Origin: an uncultured Actinomycetota bacterium
GTDB taxonomy: Bacteria; Actinomycetota; Humimicrobiia; Humimicrobiales; Humimicrobiaceae
Direction of reading: 5' to 3'
Assembly (NCBI GenBank): GCA_964578625.1
Contig: CAZODQ010000005.1
Coordinates: 1,260-65,259, forward strand
DNA: 64,000 nt
Shown: piece after piece, positions 39,540-49,727 of the stretch
How the letters are laid out: each line of letters opens with the position of its first letter
Numbering within the stretch: position 1 is the stretch's first letter
Translations under genes and position numbers: made by a program
Notes under the pieces: generated by a model
What the model was told of the DNA's origin: nothing
Database searches by the model: none
What the model saw: only the letters and a program-made list of their open reading frames with translations

Positions 39540-40778
39540 ATGCATGAAGTTATTATGCCTAAACTGGGTCTTACCATGGAGACCGGCAGAATAGAAAAAT
39601 GGCATAAAAAGGAAGGAGATAAAGTAGAAACAGGAGAAGTACTTTTTGAAGTTATGACTGATAAGGTAACAATCGAAGTAGAGTCATATAATTCGGGTAC
39701 TTTATTGAAGATACTCAGAAATGAAGGCGAAGATGTTCCTGTAACCGAAGTGGTAGCGTATATTGGCGAGGAAGGTGAAAAGGTCCCTGAATCCTGGTTA
39801 AAAAAGGAAACTGTAAAAAAATCCAAGGGGACTGGATTGAAAGAGACGGTGGAGTCAAAGAGTAGAGAGAAAAAAATAAATAAAATCCCGGAGAAAGAAA
39901 AAAGAGTAAAAATATCACCACTGGCAAGAAAAATCGCCGAAGATAGGGGTATCGATTACAGGTCAGAAGAAATTAAAGGCTCCGGGCCGGGAGGAAGAAT
40001 AGTAAAAGAAGATATATTAGACTATGATATAGCAAAGCAAAAAGCAGAAAAGAAAGCTCCGGTATCTCACCCGGAAACTATTGCTGTAAAATCGTCTAGC
40101 AAGATCAAGGGGATAAGAAAGATAGTAGCTGAACGTATGAGTTATTCCAAGTCAACTATTCCCCATATAGTTTTAAATACAGAAGCTGACGTTACAAGAC
40201 TTGTGGAGCTGAGGGAAAAGCTTAAGGAAGAGATGATAAAAAAATACGGAGTAAAAATAACTTATACTGATTTTATATTAAAAGCAGCTGCTATTGCGCT
40301 GAGGGAAAATTTGGAAGTAAATTCAACTTTTTCCAATGGAAATTATATAATATACGATGAAGTGAATGTGGGTGTAGCAGTTTCACTGGAGGAAGGGCTT
40401 ATAGTCCCCAGTATTATCAATTGTGATAAACTGGAAATCCTGGATATTGCAAAAAAAAGAGTTGAACTGGTGGAAAAAGCACGGGAAGGAAAACTCAGGC
40501 TGGAGGAAATCTCAAATGGTACGTTTACAGTCACTAATTTAGGAATGTACGGCATAAGGTCTTTTTCACCTATAATAAATCCTCCTCAAGCGGCAATACT
40601 TGCAGTTGGTGAAATTTATGTCAAGCCTGCAGTAGTAAAGGGAAAGATCGAACCGAAATCCTTTATAAACCTTTCTGTTTCATGTGATCATAGAATAATT
40701 GATGGAACAGTCGGAGCAAAATTCCTAAGGAGAGTAGTAGAATTTATAGAGGACCCTGATAAAATAGCTATTAATTAG
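39540..40778 (+). CDS. dihydrolipoamide acyltransferase E2 component
   Basis: N-terminal lipoyl domain (EVMTDKVTIEVES), peripheral-subunit-binding domain, and a catalytic domain with DHRIIDG. Confidence 0.9.
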   Translation: MHEVIMPKLGLTMETGRIEKWHKKEGDKVETGEVLFEVMTDKVTIEVESYNSGTLLKILRNEGEDVPVTEVVAYIGEEGEKVPESWLKKETVKKSKGTGLKETVESKSREKKINKIPEKEKRVKISPLARKIAEDRGIDYRSEEIKGSGPGGRIVKEDILDYDIAKQKAEKKAPVSHPETIAVKSSSKIKGIRKIVAERMSYSKSTIPHIVLNTEADVTRLVELREKLKEEMIKKYGVKITYTDFILKAAAIALRENLEVNSTFSNGNYIIYDEVNVGVAVSLEEGLIVPSIINCDKLEILDIAKKRVELVEKAREGKLRLEEISNGTFTVTNLGMYGIRSFSPIINPPQAAILAVGEIYVKPAVVKGKIEPKSFINLSVSCDHRIIDGTVGAKFLRRVVEFIEDPDKIAIN

Positions 40779-40796
40779 TTCTAGTAATTTTTAAAG

Positions 40797-41141
40797 ATGA
40801 AAGACAAACAGGCAAAAATAGTATTATTTTGTGTTAATTGTAATAAGGAATCATCACATACGGTATATTATATAGGGAACTATCTGCGGAGTGTTATTTG
40901 TGACAGCTGCGGTAAAAAAATAGAGATTGACAGACGTCACCTACGGACTGTGTTTGCTGAAGACTTTATAAACAGAATTTTAACCAAACCGCATAGGATG
41001 ACTGAAGACATGAAAAAAGCAATAGCGACACTTATGCCTTTCCTGCCCAAGAGGCTTTTCAGAGAGCCTCTGAAAGTAATGAAAGAAATATATGCAGTGT
41101 TGAAAAAGGAAAACGGCAATAAAAAGAAAAATAGTGGATAA
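40797..41141 (+). CDS. hypothetical zinc-ribbon protein
   Basis: CVNCN...CDSC four-Cys pattern in a 114-aa protein. Confidence 0.35.
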   Translation: MKDKQAKIVLFCVNCNKESSHTVYYIGNYLRSVICDSCGKKIEIDRRHLRTVFAEDFINRILTKPHRMTEDMKKAIATLMPFLPKRLFREPLKVMKEIYAVLKKENGNKKKNSG

Positions 41142-41143
41142 TT

Positions 41144-41878
41144 TTAAAAAAGCTGAATTATTTTTGACACTGGTATTTTAAAAGTGTCTCTAATGCTGTG
41201 TAGTATTTGTTCTTTGACATCACAAACAGGGATGGGGCGGTTTAGGATTTTTTTTATTGAAGTCGGAGGGTGATCTTTTAAACCGCAGGCGGTTATATTA
41301 TCAAAGTATTTTAAATCGTTATTTACATTTAATGAAAACCCATGAAGAGTTATCCATTTTTTAACTTTCAGGCCAATTGATGCTATTTTAGAATTGTTGA
41401 CAAATATACCCCTGTGTCTGCTTAATCTGATTCCTCGTATATTATAACCGGCGAGTACATCTATTATGACCTGTTCAAGATTATGGACAAAAAAGGATAA
41501 ATCTTTTTTTATCATGGCCAGATTTAAAATTGTATAACAGACAATCTGACCTGGTGTATGGAGGGTAATATCACCCCCGCGGTCGGATTGGACCAGTTCT
41601 ATATTTTGGTCTTTAAGTTTTTCCCTGCTTGCAAGTAAATTTGCGGTATTTCTGTTGCTTCCTGTAGTTATGACAGGGTAATGCTCAAGAAGTAATATTA
41701 CACCGGGGCTGTTATTTGATCTTATAAGTTCAAAAAGTCCTATTTGAAGATTATAAGCATTATTATAGTGAATGAGACCGAGATCAAAACTTAAAATACT
41801 TTTTTGTGTATCTTTGTAGCTGATACTATCAATTATTTTATTAATATTAAGCAGAGTTTTTTGTCTTAACATTTCCAT
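41144..41878 (-). CDS. lipB: octanoyltransferase LipB / lipoate-protein ligase B
   Basis: LLLEHYPVITTG matches the LipB signature. It is embedded antisense between the E2 and E3 genes. Confidence 0.7.
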   Translation of the reverse strand: MEMLRQKTLLNINKIIDSISYKDTQKSILSFDLGLIHYNNAYNLQIGLFELIRSNNSPGVILLLEHYPVITTGSNRNTANLLASREKLKDQNIELVQSDRGGDITLHTPGQIVCYTILNLAMIKKDLSFFVHNLEQVIIDVLAGYNIRGIRLSRHRGIFVNNSKIASIGLKVKKWITLHGFSLNVNNDLKYFDNITACGLKDHPPTSIKKILNRPIPVCDVKEQILHSIRDTFKIPVSKIIQLF

Positions 41879-41971
41879 AAATTAAAAGATTGTAATTATT
41901 TAACTTATTTTATCATATAAATTTATATATTTTTTAATATACCAGCAATTGATGAAAGGAGTTTTTAGACT

Positions 41972-43360
41972 ATGGATATTAAGAAGGTAGACCTTGCTGT
42001 ACTAGGAGGAGGACCGGGAGGATATGTGGCGTCTATAAGGGCTTCAAAGATGGGTCTAAAGACTGCTGTGATTGAAAAGGACCATCTTGGAGGGGTATGC
42101 CTGAACTGTGGTTGTATACCCACAAAAACTCTTTATCATGTGGCAGTTACACTGGGCGAGATCAAAAAAGCAAAAGATTTCGGAATAAATGTTTCCGTGC
42201 CGAAATTAGATTTTAAAAAGATGATGGCCAGAAAAGATCAGATAATTGAAATGCAGAGAAAAGCCCTTCAGTTTTATTTCAAGAAAAATAATGTAGAACT
42301 CATAAAAGGTATTGGTAAAATAATTGCCAGGGATAAAATAAAAGTAATGACCTCTGACAGCCGTGAAATTGAAATAGAAGCAAAAAATATAATTATTGCA
42401 ACCGGCTCGTCTGCTGCAAATGTAAAGCCGTTTGACTTGTCAGAAAGAGGTGTATTGGATAATGCCGGGATATTATCCATTAAGGAAATACCGAAGTCAC
42501 TATTGATCATAGGCGGTGGAGTGGTAGGAAGTGAGTTTGCAAATATTTTTTCTTCTTTTGGAACGAAAGTTACCATAATAGAGATGCTTCCAAGAATACT
42601 GTCAACCGAAGATGAGGAAATCTCGAAAGTGATTTATAAGGTATTCAGGCAAAAGGGAATTGATATATTTACAGAGACTATAGTGGAAAAGGTTGAGAAG
42701 AGCGGTGAAAAGTTCATCTGTACTGCCAGCAGCGGGGACAGGATAACTGCAGATAAGGTACTGATATCGGTGGGAAGGAAACCAAATTCAACCGGTATCG
42801 GTATTGAAGAAATCGGTGTTGAAGTAGACCAGAAAGGTTATATAAAAGTAGACTCACACCTTAAGACCAATGCCCAAAACATATATGCTGTCGGTGACGT
42901 AATAGGAGGGTTTCAACTGGCATATGTGGCATCTGAAGAAGGTAAGATAGCTGTAGAGAATATTGCCGGAAAAACTAAGGAGATGGATTACAGTATTATA
43001 CCCCTGACAGTGTTTACATCTCCTGAAATCGGAACAGTTGGGTTGGATGAAGCTCAGGCAAGAAATAAGAATATAAAGGTATACACCGGGGTATTTCCAT
43101 TTAGCTCCAGCGGTAAAGCTTATATTACTGGGGAAACCGAGGGCTTTATAAAAATTGTTACCAACAGCGAGACAGGGGAAATAATTGGTGCACAGATGAT
43201 AGGGCCAAGAGCAACAGATTTAGTCCATGAGGTAGCTGTAGCTATGAAGGGAGAGATGCTGGTAGATGACCTTGTCTCGACAGTCCATTCCCATCCCACA
43301 TTCTCCGAAGCAATTTCAGAAGCTGCTGAAGACTGTTTTGGAATTTCAACTCACAAATAA
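41972..43360 (+). CDS. lpdA: dihydrolipoyl dehydrogenase E3
   Basis: FAD fold GGGPGGYVA, redox disulfide GGVCLNCGCIP and a C-terminal HPT motif. Confidence 0.9.
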   Translation: MDIKKVDLAVLGGGPGGYVASIRASKMGLKTAVIEKDHLGGVCLNCGCIPTKTLYHVAVTLGEIKKAKDFGINVSVPKLDFKKMMARKDQIIEMQRKALQFYFKKNNVELIKGIGKIIARDKIKVMTSDSREIEIEAKNIIIATGSSAANVKPFDLSERGVLDNAGILSIKEIPKSLLIIGGGVVGSEFANIFSSFGTKVTIIEMLPRILSTEDEEISKVIYKVFRQKGIDIFTETIVEKVEKSGEKFICTASSGDRITADKVLISVGRKPNSTGIGIEEIGVEVDQKGYIKVDSHLKTNAQNIYAVGDVIGGFQLAYVASEEGKIAVENIAGKTKEMDYSIIPLTVFTSPEIGTVGLDEAQARNKNIKVYTGVFPFSSSGKAYITGETEGFIKIVTNSETGEIIGAQMIGPRATDLVHEVAVAMKGEMLVDDLVSTVHSHPTFSEAISEAAEDCFGISTHK

Positions 43361-43487
43361 TTTATTTAAATATAACAGAAATCTGATTTTAAATACTTTG
43401 ACATAATATTAAGTTATGTTAGAATTATTTTTCTGAATCTAAAATATTATTATTTTATTTCAAAATATAAAATATTTAAGATTTTTT

Positions 43488-43856
43488 ATGAATACTAATA
43501 GTTCAGTAGTTTTAACCAAAAGAGTAATAATAACATCGCCTAATCCTGTAGCCAAGGAAGATTTTGTTAAGAAAATTAATGAGTTTGCTAAAAATATTAT
43601 TGCCTTCCTGAAAAAGAACGGCTGCCGGGAATTAGGTCATATGAAGGTAATCTCAACGACTGACGGCGAGGATTACCTGCAGCTAAGTATTTTAGGTATG
43701 AAACAGAGGCCAAAAGTTCAAGGTATCTTAAGAAAGACTTTTGAAAAAATCAAGTTAACTTTTAATATAATTGAGTTTGGAGTCGGTAAGGAAATAATCA
43801 ACAGCAAATTAGATGAAGAAATAAAAAATATACAGACTTATTTTATTAATAAATAA
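43488..43856 (+). CDS. hypothetical protein
   Basis: ORF only. Confidence 0.3.
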   Translation: MNTNSSVVLTKRVIITSPNPVAKEDFVKKINEFAKNIIAFLKKNGCRELGHMKVISTTDGEDYLQLSILGMKQRPKVQGILRKTFEKIKLTFNIIEFGVGKEIINSKLDEEIKNIQTYFINK

Positions 43857-43927
43857 TTTACCTCAAGTTTAAAACATCTAATCTGAAATAAACTTCTGCT
43901 TGTTCAACTAAATATATATACCATGTT

Positions 43928-44551
43928 TTATCTGATGCTGTAATGATCAAGTTTAAAATCAGATGGAAGATATTTTAAGTAAATAAATCTTGAAATACTG
44001 CTATAATCTATCTTCAGCAGATCTTCAGGATCAAGATATTTATTATCATATATTACACCGAAGTGCAGGTGACACCCGGAACTTGAAGGGTCGTCATCTG
44101 CGCCTATGGCAGCGATAGTGTCTCCCTGTTTAATATATGTACCGGTAGATACATAGATATGCATCAGGTTAAGATAGGTAGTCCTGATTTTTTGGTTATG
44201 TTTAATTACCAGTGTCATTCCCCCTGTGGGGGAAAAGCCTGTGTAGCTTACCGTGCCGCTTCCAGCTGCAATTACCTTCTGTCCGTATTTTCCTTCTATA
44301 TCTACTCCTGTATGATTAAAATACCTTTGTTTGTCTTCATCCCAGTAACATTGTCTGAACCTGACTACTATTTCCCCTTTAAGCGGAAGGATAAATGGAG
44401 TCCTATAATCCGAATAGACAGGTGATGTAAAGCCAATAAGCATATAAACAGACAACATAAGGAATATAACTGGGCTAAGTATACGGATTCTTTTAATACT
44501 GCCTGTGGTATTACTAAATTTATGTCTGATATTTTTCCTGTTTTTTATCAT
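43928..44551 (-). CDS. M23 family metallopeptidase (LytM domain), membrane anchored
   Basis: HTGVDI...HLHFGV zinc-ligand motifs and an N-terminal TM segment. Confidence 0.75.
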   Translation of the reverse strand: MIKNRKNIRHKFSNTTGSIKRIRILSPVIFLMLSVYMLIGFTSPVYSDYRTPFILPLKGEIVVRFRQCYWDEDKQRYFNHTGVDIEGKYGQKVIAAGSGTVSYTGFSPTGGMTLVIKHNQKIRTTYLNLMHIYVSTGTYIKQGDTIAAIGADDDPSSSGCHLHFGVIYDNKYLDPEDLLKIDYSSISRFIYLKYLPSDFKLDHYSIR

Positions 44552-44669
44552 AAAATCATTTTTATTAAATCCGGCAACATCAGACGTTAATTATATAATA
44601 AAGTAACATATATGTAAATACGTAAATATTCTTAAGCATAATATAAAATTTTAAAAATTTACTATTTAA

Positions 44670-45638
44670 GTGATAGATTCTATAATTGTAAACATATATA
44701 ACTCTACGAGAGGAGTAAATGTGAACAGCAAGATTAAGGAAATACTTTCTTGGTATAAAAGCGAAAATCCAGGAACCATTAGAAATCTATATAGTATATT
44801 GATGCACGGAAAATTAGGCGGATCCGGAAAACTGGTAATCCTGCCTGTTGACCAAGGATTTGAGCATGGTCCAGCAAGAAGTTTTGCTCCGAATCCAGAT
44901 GGTTATGACCCTGCTTATCACGTGAAACTTGCAATTGATGCTGGTCTGAATGCGCATGCTGCACCGCTGGGCTCGATGCAGGTAATAGCAAAAGAATACG
45001 CGGGACAGATCCCACTTATATTAAAGGCCAATAGCCATGATGTATTGGACCCCAGTTCTGATCCGATTCCGGCAGTCACTGCTTCAGTAGAGGATGCTCT
45101 GAGGCTTGGATGCGCTGCAATTGGTTTTAGTATTTATCCTGGTAGTATTAACTTTAAACAGATGTATGAGGAAATAAGGGAAATAGCTCTGAAGGCAAAG
45201 AGAAATGGATTGGTAGTGGTAATCTGGTCTTATCCAAGGGGCTCCGGTTTGTCAAAAGAGGGAGAGACTGCAGTAGATATAGTAGCCTACGCCGCCCAGA
45301 TCGCATCTCAGCTGGGTGCGCACTTAATAAAAGTAAAACCGCCGACTGATCATATAGAACTCGAAGAAGCAAAAGAAGTATATGAAAAGTTCAATATACC
45401 GATAAGTACACTGGCCGATAGAGTGAGACATGTGGTGCAGAGTGCATTTAATGGGAAAAGGATCGTTATATTCTCAGGCGGTCCTGCAAAGGGTAGAGAA
45501 GAAGTAATCGAGGAAATAAAACAGATAAATAAAGGTGGAGGATTTGGTTCTATAATCGGAAGGAATTCTTTCCAGAGACCAAGAAAAGAAGCTTTAGATT
45601 TTCTTAGTGAGATATTGGGGATCTACAGCGGAGAATAG
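44670..45638 (+). CDS. class I (DhnA/FbaB-type) fructose-bisphosphate aldolase family protein
   Basis: LVILPVDQGFEHGP matches DhnA-type aldolase. The true start is likely the GTG at 44721, which is preceded by AGGAG. Confidence 0.65.
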   Translation: MIDSIIVNIYNSTRGVNVNSKIKEILSWYKSENPGTIRNLYSILMHGKLGGSGKLVILPVDQGFEHGPARSFAPNPDGYDPAYHVKLAIDAGLNAHAAPLGSMQVIAKEYAGQIPLILKANSHDVLDPSSDPIPAVTASVEDALRLGCAAIGFSIYPGSINFKQMYEEIREIALKAKRNGLVVVIWSYPRGSGLSKEGETAVDIVAYAAQIASQLGAHLIKVKPPTDHIELEEAKEVYEKFNIPISTLADRVRHVVQSAFNGKRIVIFSGGPAKGREEVIEEIKQINKGGGFGSIIGRNSFQRPRKEALDFLSEILGIYSGE

Positions 45639-45792
45639 AACAGGTAAGAATATATTAAAATATTTTTTATAGAGCCTTTTTATTAGAAAAATATGAGGAT
45701 AAGAGCCCTTATTTACTGTAACTATGCAGGTTTCTAATTATTATTACAAATGTTAATAATTAATAATATTAAAATTCTTAGGAAGAATAATT

Positions 45793-46842
45793 GTGAAATC
45801 AAATAAACTATATATTATATCTGCAGCATTAGCCCTGTTTCTGATTTTCAGTTTATCAATAGCTTGTAATAAAGTCCTGGAGTTAACAGAGGAATCTGTA
45901 TCAGGGAAAACAGAAGAGTTTACAGAAGAATCTGGTATTGAGACTTTTATTGAAGTGACTGAAGAAGAACAAAATGATGCAATAATAGAAGCAGAAGTAG
46001 AAGTACCTGCATTCCAAAAAAAGCTGGATGAAATACAACAGCAGTACTCAATAGAATTCAGGCTGTATCTGGAAACACTGGATACAAATTACCTGGAAGG
46101 TATATTGTATGATGATAATGCAGTAAAGCAGGAATATGATCTTTTTAAGTGGAGAAATAGATTTTATGAAGAAAATATAATTTTTACAGCAGACGGAAAT
46201 ATTTTTCCAAGTAGTTGGTATGGATCCGGGATTGATGCGAAAGCTGAAAGTTTATCTGCAGCTGAAATAGAGAGATCAAAGAGGATCATTATGACTGCCC
46301 TTGATAAATATCCTGCGCAGCTGTTGAGAGATAACCTTAAAAATGTATATGTTTTAAAATCTATGAATTTTTATGGAGTTTATTATGGGGGGACAAATTT
46401 ACCTCCGGACATTGTTTACGTAGCTAACGATGGAAAAGGTATGGGATATACGGATATTGTCATAGAAAAGACATTCCACCACGAATTTTCTAGTGTATTA
46501 AAAAACAATTATAGATTTGAAGAAACAGCATGGAGGCAGATCAATCCTCCCGGATTTGAATATTTCGATGAGACTACCGGTGGATCAGGTGCAATAAAGG
46601 CAGGGAGAGCCTCACAGGTATTTGATAAAAAAGAACATGAAATAGGGTTTTTATATGAATATGCTGAATCTACAGCAGAAAACGATTTTAACTCATTTGC
46701 TGAAAATATATTTATGGGAGATGAAAGCTTTTTTAATACAGTGGATAATTATGAGAAATTGGAGATGAAGCTGGACCTTATAGTGCAATTCTATAACTCT
46801 TTGGATCCGGTATTTACCTTGGAATATTTTAAGGGACTTTAA
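45793..46842 (+). CDS. lipoprotein, unknown function, with acidic linker after lipobox
   Basis: Signal peptide with lipobox (SIAC), followed by E-rich low-complexity sequence. Confidence 0.5.
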   Translation: MKSNKLYIISAALALFLIFSLSIACNKVLELTEESVSGKTEEFTEESGIETFIEVTEEEQNDAIIEAEVEVPAFQKKLDEIQQQYSIEFRLYLETLDTNYLEGILYDDNAVKQEYDLFKWRNRFYEENIIFTADGNIFPSSWYGSGIDAKAESLSAAEIERSKRIIMTALDKYPAQLLRDNLKNVYVLKSMNFYGVYYGGTNLPPDIVYVANDGKGMGYTDIVIEKTFHHEFSSVLKNNYRFEETAWRQINPPGFEYFDETTGGSGAIKAGRASQVFDKKEHEIGFLYEYAESTAENDFNSFAENIFMGDESFFNTVDNYEKLEMKLDLIVQFYNSLDPVFTLEYFKGL

Positions 46843-47106
46843 ATTTTTTTAGGATGTATATATTAAAAGAAATAAATTAAATATAATTATGGTTGTTTTA
46901 AGCTGTATTTTTCTTCTGGGTTTTCTAATGCTTGGAAATAAATGTGATACCGATATGGGTGTAGAAAAGGCAGGTATTATTAGAGGAGATATTGAAGAAG
47001 AAGTAACACCAACCGGAGAAGAGGAGAAGGGGAACCTGCTGGAATAAATCCGAGGTATATTGTAAAGAATAATTTTGTCATTACAGCAACTTAAAACAGT
47101 TGATGT

Positions 47107-47151
47107 CCTTATGCCTTAAGTATTTTGTATTAATATACTTAAGGCATAAGG
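47107..47151. terminator. perfect 17-bp-stem hairpin between convergent genes (putative bidirectional terminator)
   Basis: ccttatgccttaagtat / atacttaaggcataagg are exact reverse complements separated by an 11-nt loop. Confidence 0.5.
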
Positions 47152-47167
47152 AACAATTAAAAACCTT

Positions 47168-47431
47168 TCAGTCATAACTATAATATTTACGTCTTTTTCC
47201 TTTAAAAACACCACTAATAAAGCCAGAGAATAATGCCAGTGCTACTGCGATCTTGAAAGAAGTAAACCACGAGATAGCCTCGGCTACTAAACCCTGGTTT
47301 ACGGCTTCTGGAAAAAGATCCGGTACCACCCAGGCCCACATAACTTTGACCAGAAAAAGACCTAAGGCTAAAACGATAATTATTAATATTAGTATCCCTG
47401 GTATTATTCTAATCCACCATCTTCTTCTCAT
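47168..47431 (-). CDS. small membrane protein
   Basis: Two TM helices in an 87-aa protein. Confidence 0.4.
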   Translation of the reverse strand: MRRRWWIRIIPGILILIIIVLALGLFLVKVMWAWVVPDLFPEAVNQGLVAEAISWFTSFKIAVALALFSGFISGVFKGKRRKYYSYD

Positions 47432-47449
47432 TTCTAAAATACCTCCTTT

Positions 47450-47653
47450 TTATTTTGAAATCTCTTTTAATTTCCTATTAATTACTAAATCAATATATGA
47501 ATAAACTGCATTTTTAAAATCTTTAAGTGCTTCGATTTCAGTTCTCCCCGAACTGATTATCACAGGAGATTGCCAGGCAATATAGTAATCATTAGATCCA
47601 TCATCAAACCTGATCTGTATATTTTGTTCATCTTGTAATTGTTTTTCTTCCAT
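47450..47653 (-). CDS. hypothetical small protein, co-transcribed with the PadR regulator
   Basis: ORF immediately downstream of PadR on the same strand. Confidence 0.35.
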   Translation of the reverse strand: MEEKQLQDEQNIQIRFDDGSNDYYIAWQSPVIISSGRTEIEALKDFKNAVYSYIDLVINRKLKEISK

Positions 47654-47667
47654 TGGGTATATCTTTC

Positions 47668-48180
47668 TTACTCTTCCAATATGGATTCTATTTCCTTTCG
47701 AGCTTTTTCAATAATCTTTTTTACTTTTTCCATTTTTTCAGGGCTGGTATTTCTCATTCTGGGTCCTAAGAATCTCCTCATTTTTACAACTTCGCTTACT
47801 ATCTGACCGATGATCTCGAAATTTCCATGATCCCACTGATGTTTCATATGGCTTTTTACCTCATCTGCAAAGTCGCTGCGTTCACTTAAGAATTCAAGAC
47901 CCTGCTTTGTTATTTTATATACCTTTTTACCGTCTCTCTCCTTAGAAGTAGCATAGCCCATTTCTTCAAGCATCTGCAGAGTAGGATATACCGTACCAGC
48001 GCTGGGCTTGTAAAAACCATGAGAACTTTCTTCGAGCTGACGTATGATTTCATAACCGTATCTTGGCTTTTCTTTCAGCAGGTCAAGGATGACATATTTT
48101 AAGTCTCCTTTCTGAAAGGGGCTGTCATATCTGAAACCATTAAGGAATCTGCTATGTTTAAAAAATCTATCGTGAAACAT
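47668..48180 (-). CDS. PadR-family transcriptional regulator
   Basis: PRYGYEIIRQLEE...SAGTVYPTLQMLEEMGY is a PadR winged-helix signature. Confidence 0.8.
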   Translation of the reverse strand: MFHDRFFKHSRFLNGFRYDSPFQKGDLKYVILDLLKEKPRYGYEIIRQLEESSHGFYKPSAGTVYPTLQMLEEMGYATSKERDGKKVYKITKQGLEFLSERSDFADEVKSHMKHQWDHGNFEIIGQIVSEVVKMRRFLGPRMRNTSPEKMEKVKKIIEKARKEIESILEE

Positions 48181-48216
48181 TAAATCACCTCCATATTATA
48201 TTGATATATCAAGTAT

Positions 48217-48236
48217 TATCACGATATATCGTGATA
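48217..48236. promoter_or_regulatory. perfect 20-bp palindrome TATCACGATATATCGTGATA upstream of the PadR gene (candidate PadR operator)
   Basis: The sequence equals its own reverse complement. It lies ~40 bp upstream of the PadR start codon. Confidence 0.5.
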
Positions 48237-48450
48237 TATTATAATTATTTTTCCCATGATGTCAAGTAATTTGTTTAAGTTTTTTTTACTGATAAGGTCG
48301 CAGGTGTAGTAAAAATTTTTTAAGTTTACAGGTTTAAAATCTTGTTCTACGGTATGTCGTATATTTATGTAGATATTGTCATAATAGTATGGTATGTTTT
48401 ATTCAGACTAAGGTATTTAATAATTATTAAGCATAAAAATAGGAGTAGAT

Positions 48451-49032
48451 GTGAGAGCAGTCCAATTTATTATTAGGGTACTTAGGCTGATTGGGTCTCT
48501 GGCTTTCGTACTCGGGCTTTTTACCACTATCTTTGCAGGGATACCCTGGTATGTCTACCATGAACCGATCACACCCTGGTGGGTTAAGATTGCAGTATAT
48601 TGTGTTCTGGGAGGTATATTGCTGGTACTGCTTACAGTAGCTGCAGAAAGAGGGAAGGGCAGTGATGCAAGAAAAGAACTACTGAAAGCCAAGGTCAGAC
48701 CCAGAATGTTAATCCAGACTTCTGCAGAAGTCCCTAGTCGAAAGGTAACCAAGACTTTAGGTCTGGTACAGGGACATACAATATTTGCCATCTGGATAGG
48801 AAGAGACCTATCAGCACTGGTAAGGCTTGTCCTTGGCGGTGAGTTAGTTGAATATACTGAGATGATGGGACATGCAAGACAAATAGCTACCAGCAGGATG
48901 GCAGTAGAAGCTGAAAAGCTTGGGGCTGATGCGGTGATAAATCTTCGTTTTATGACCACCAGTGTTATGGGAAGTGCTGCCGAACTGCTGGCATATGGTA
49001 CAGCGGTAAAACTCAGTAGGTCAACTAAGTAA
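48451..49032 (+). CDS. UPF0145/YbjQ-family (DUF74) protein with N-terminal transmembrane segments
   Basis: The C-terminal domain (GLVQGHTIFAI...GGELVEYTEMMGHARQIA...GADAVINLRF) matches the YbjQ family. Confidence 0.6.
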   Translation: MRAVQFIIRVLRLIGSLAFVLGLFTTIFAGIPWYVYHEPITPWWVKIAVYCVLGGILLVLLTVAAERGKGSDARKELLKAKVRPRMLIQTSAEVPSRKVTKTLGLVQGHTIFAIWIGRDLSALVRLVLGGELVEYTEMMGHARQIATSRMAVEAEKLGADAVINLRFMTTSVMGSAAELLAYGTAVKLSRSTK

Positions 49033-49044
49033 ACTCTAGATTTA

Positions 49045-49593
49045 TTATTCAGCTTCCATGAACTCGTCCGGATATCTAACAGTTCCGGCTTTTTCTTCCA
49101 ATGCTATTTCGGTTAATTCAACTGCCATAAATGCTTCATCAGGAACTTCAAATGGACACTTTATATTCCACCTTGAAGCTTTTTCAAATCCAAATCTTGG
49201 GTAATATTCTTTATGTCCAACGACGATTATGGAGTCAAAACCAAGTTCTTTTGCCTTTGACATTCCTTTTTTAATAAGCTCAGATCCGATTCCCTTTCTC
49301 TGGAAAGCAGGAGTAACTGCCATAGGAGCTAATGCCAGTGTTTCGAAAGCAGAACTGCCGATGATTTTTATTTTTGAAAAAAGAATATGCCCTACGATTT
49401 TATCACCGGCAACTGCCACAAGGGAGAGATCAGGAATGAAGTTGATGCCATCTCTTATTCTATTAATAAGTTTACCCTCGTTATCCTGTCCGAAGGCGAG
49501 TCTATTTACTTCATAAATCTCTTTGAAGTCCTTTTTTTCTTCTTTTCTTATTAATATATCCATGACACATCTTCTTCTAGTAATGATTTCCAA
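49045..49593 (-). CDS. GNAT family N-acetyltransferase
   Basis: Acetyl-CoA binding motif QRKGIGSELI and a length of 182 aa. Confidence 0.7.
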   Translation of the reverse strand: MEIITRRRCVMDILIRKEEKKDFKEIYEVNRLAFGQDNEGKLINRIRDGINFIPDLSLVAVAGDKIVGHILFSKIKIIGSSAFETLALAPMAVTPAFQRKGIGSELIKKGMSKAKELGFDSIIVVGHKEYYPRFGFEKASRWNIKCPFEVPDEAFMAVELTEIALEEKAGTVRYPDEFMEAE

Positions 49594-49727
49594 ATAGTAT
49601 ATTTACAGATAGTGTTTGTCAAATATAATAAGAAATACTTGTCATTCGTAAAGTCAAGAAGAAAGAGTATTGGATTATTATTAAAATCAGAAAATTTATA
49701 TTTTTTATTCTTGTGAACAGCAGATAG

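Noticed and set aside
55-40555. Many 60-130-aa ORFs in the six-frame track lying antisense to or inside large genes (for example 55-336, 6064-6342, 15549-15863, 23461-23757, 40343-40555).
   Set aside because: They are fully embedded in well-supported conserved genes, lack RBS or start context, and have compositions typical of antisense frames in AT-rich DNA. They are treated as spurious.
46888-47046. 52-aa ORF (MVVLSCIFLLGFLMLGNKCDTD...EEEKGNLLE) between the lipoprotein gene and the bidirectional hairpin.
   Set aside because: It has a hydrophobic N-terminus but no proper lipobox or RBS. It is too short and unsupported to call a gene, though it could be a small secreted peptide.
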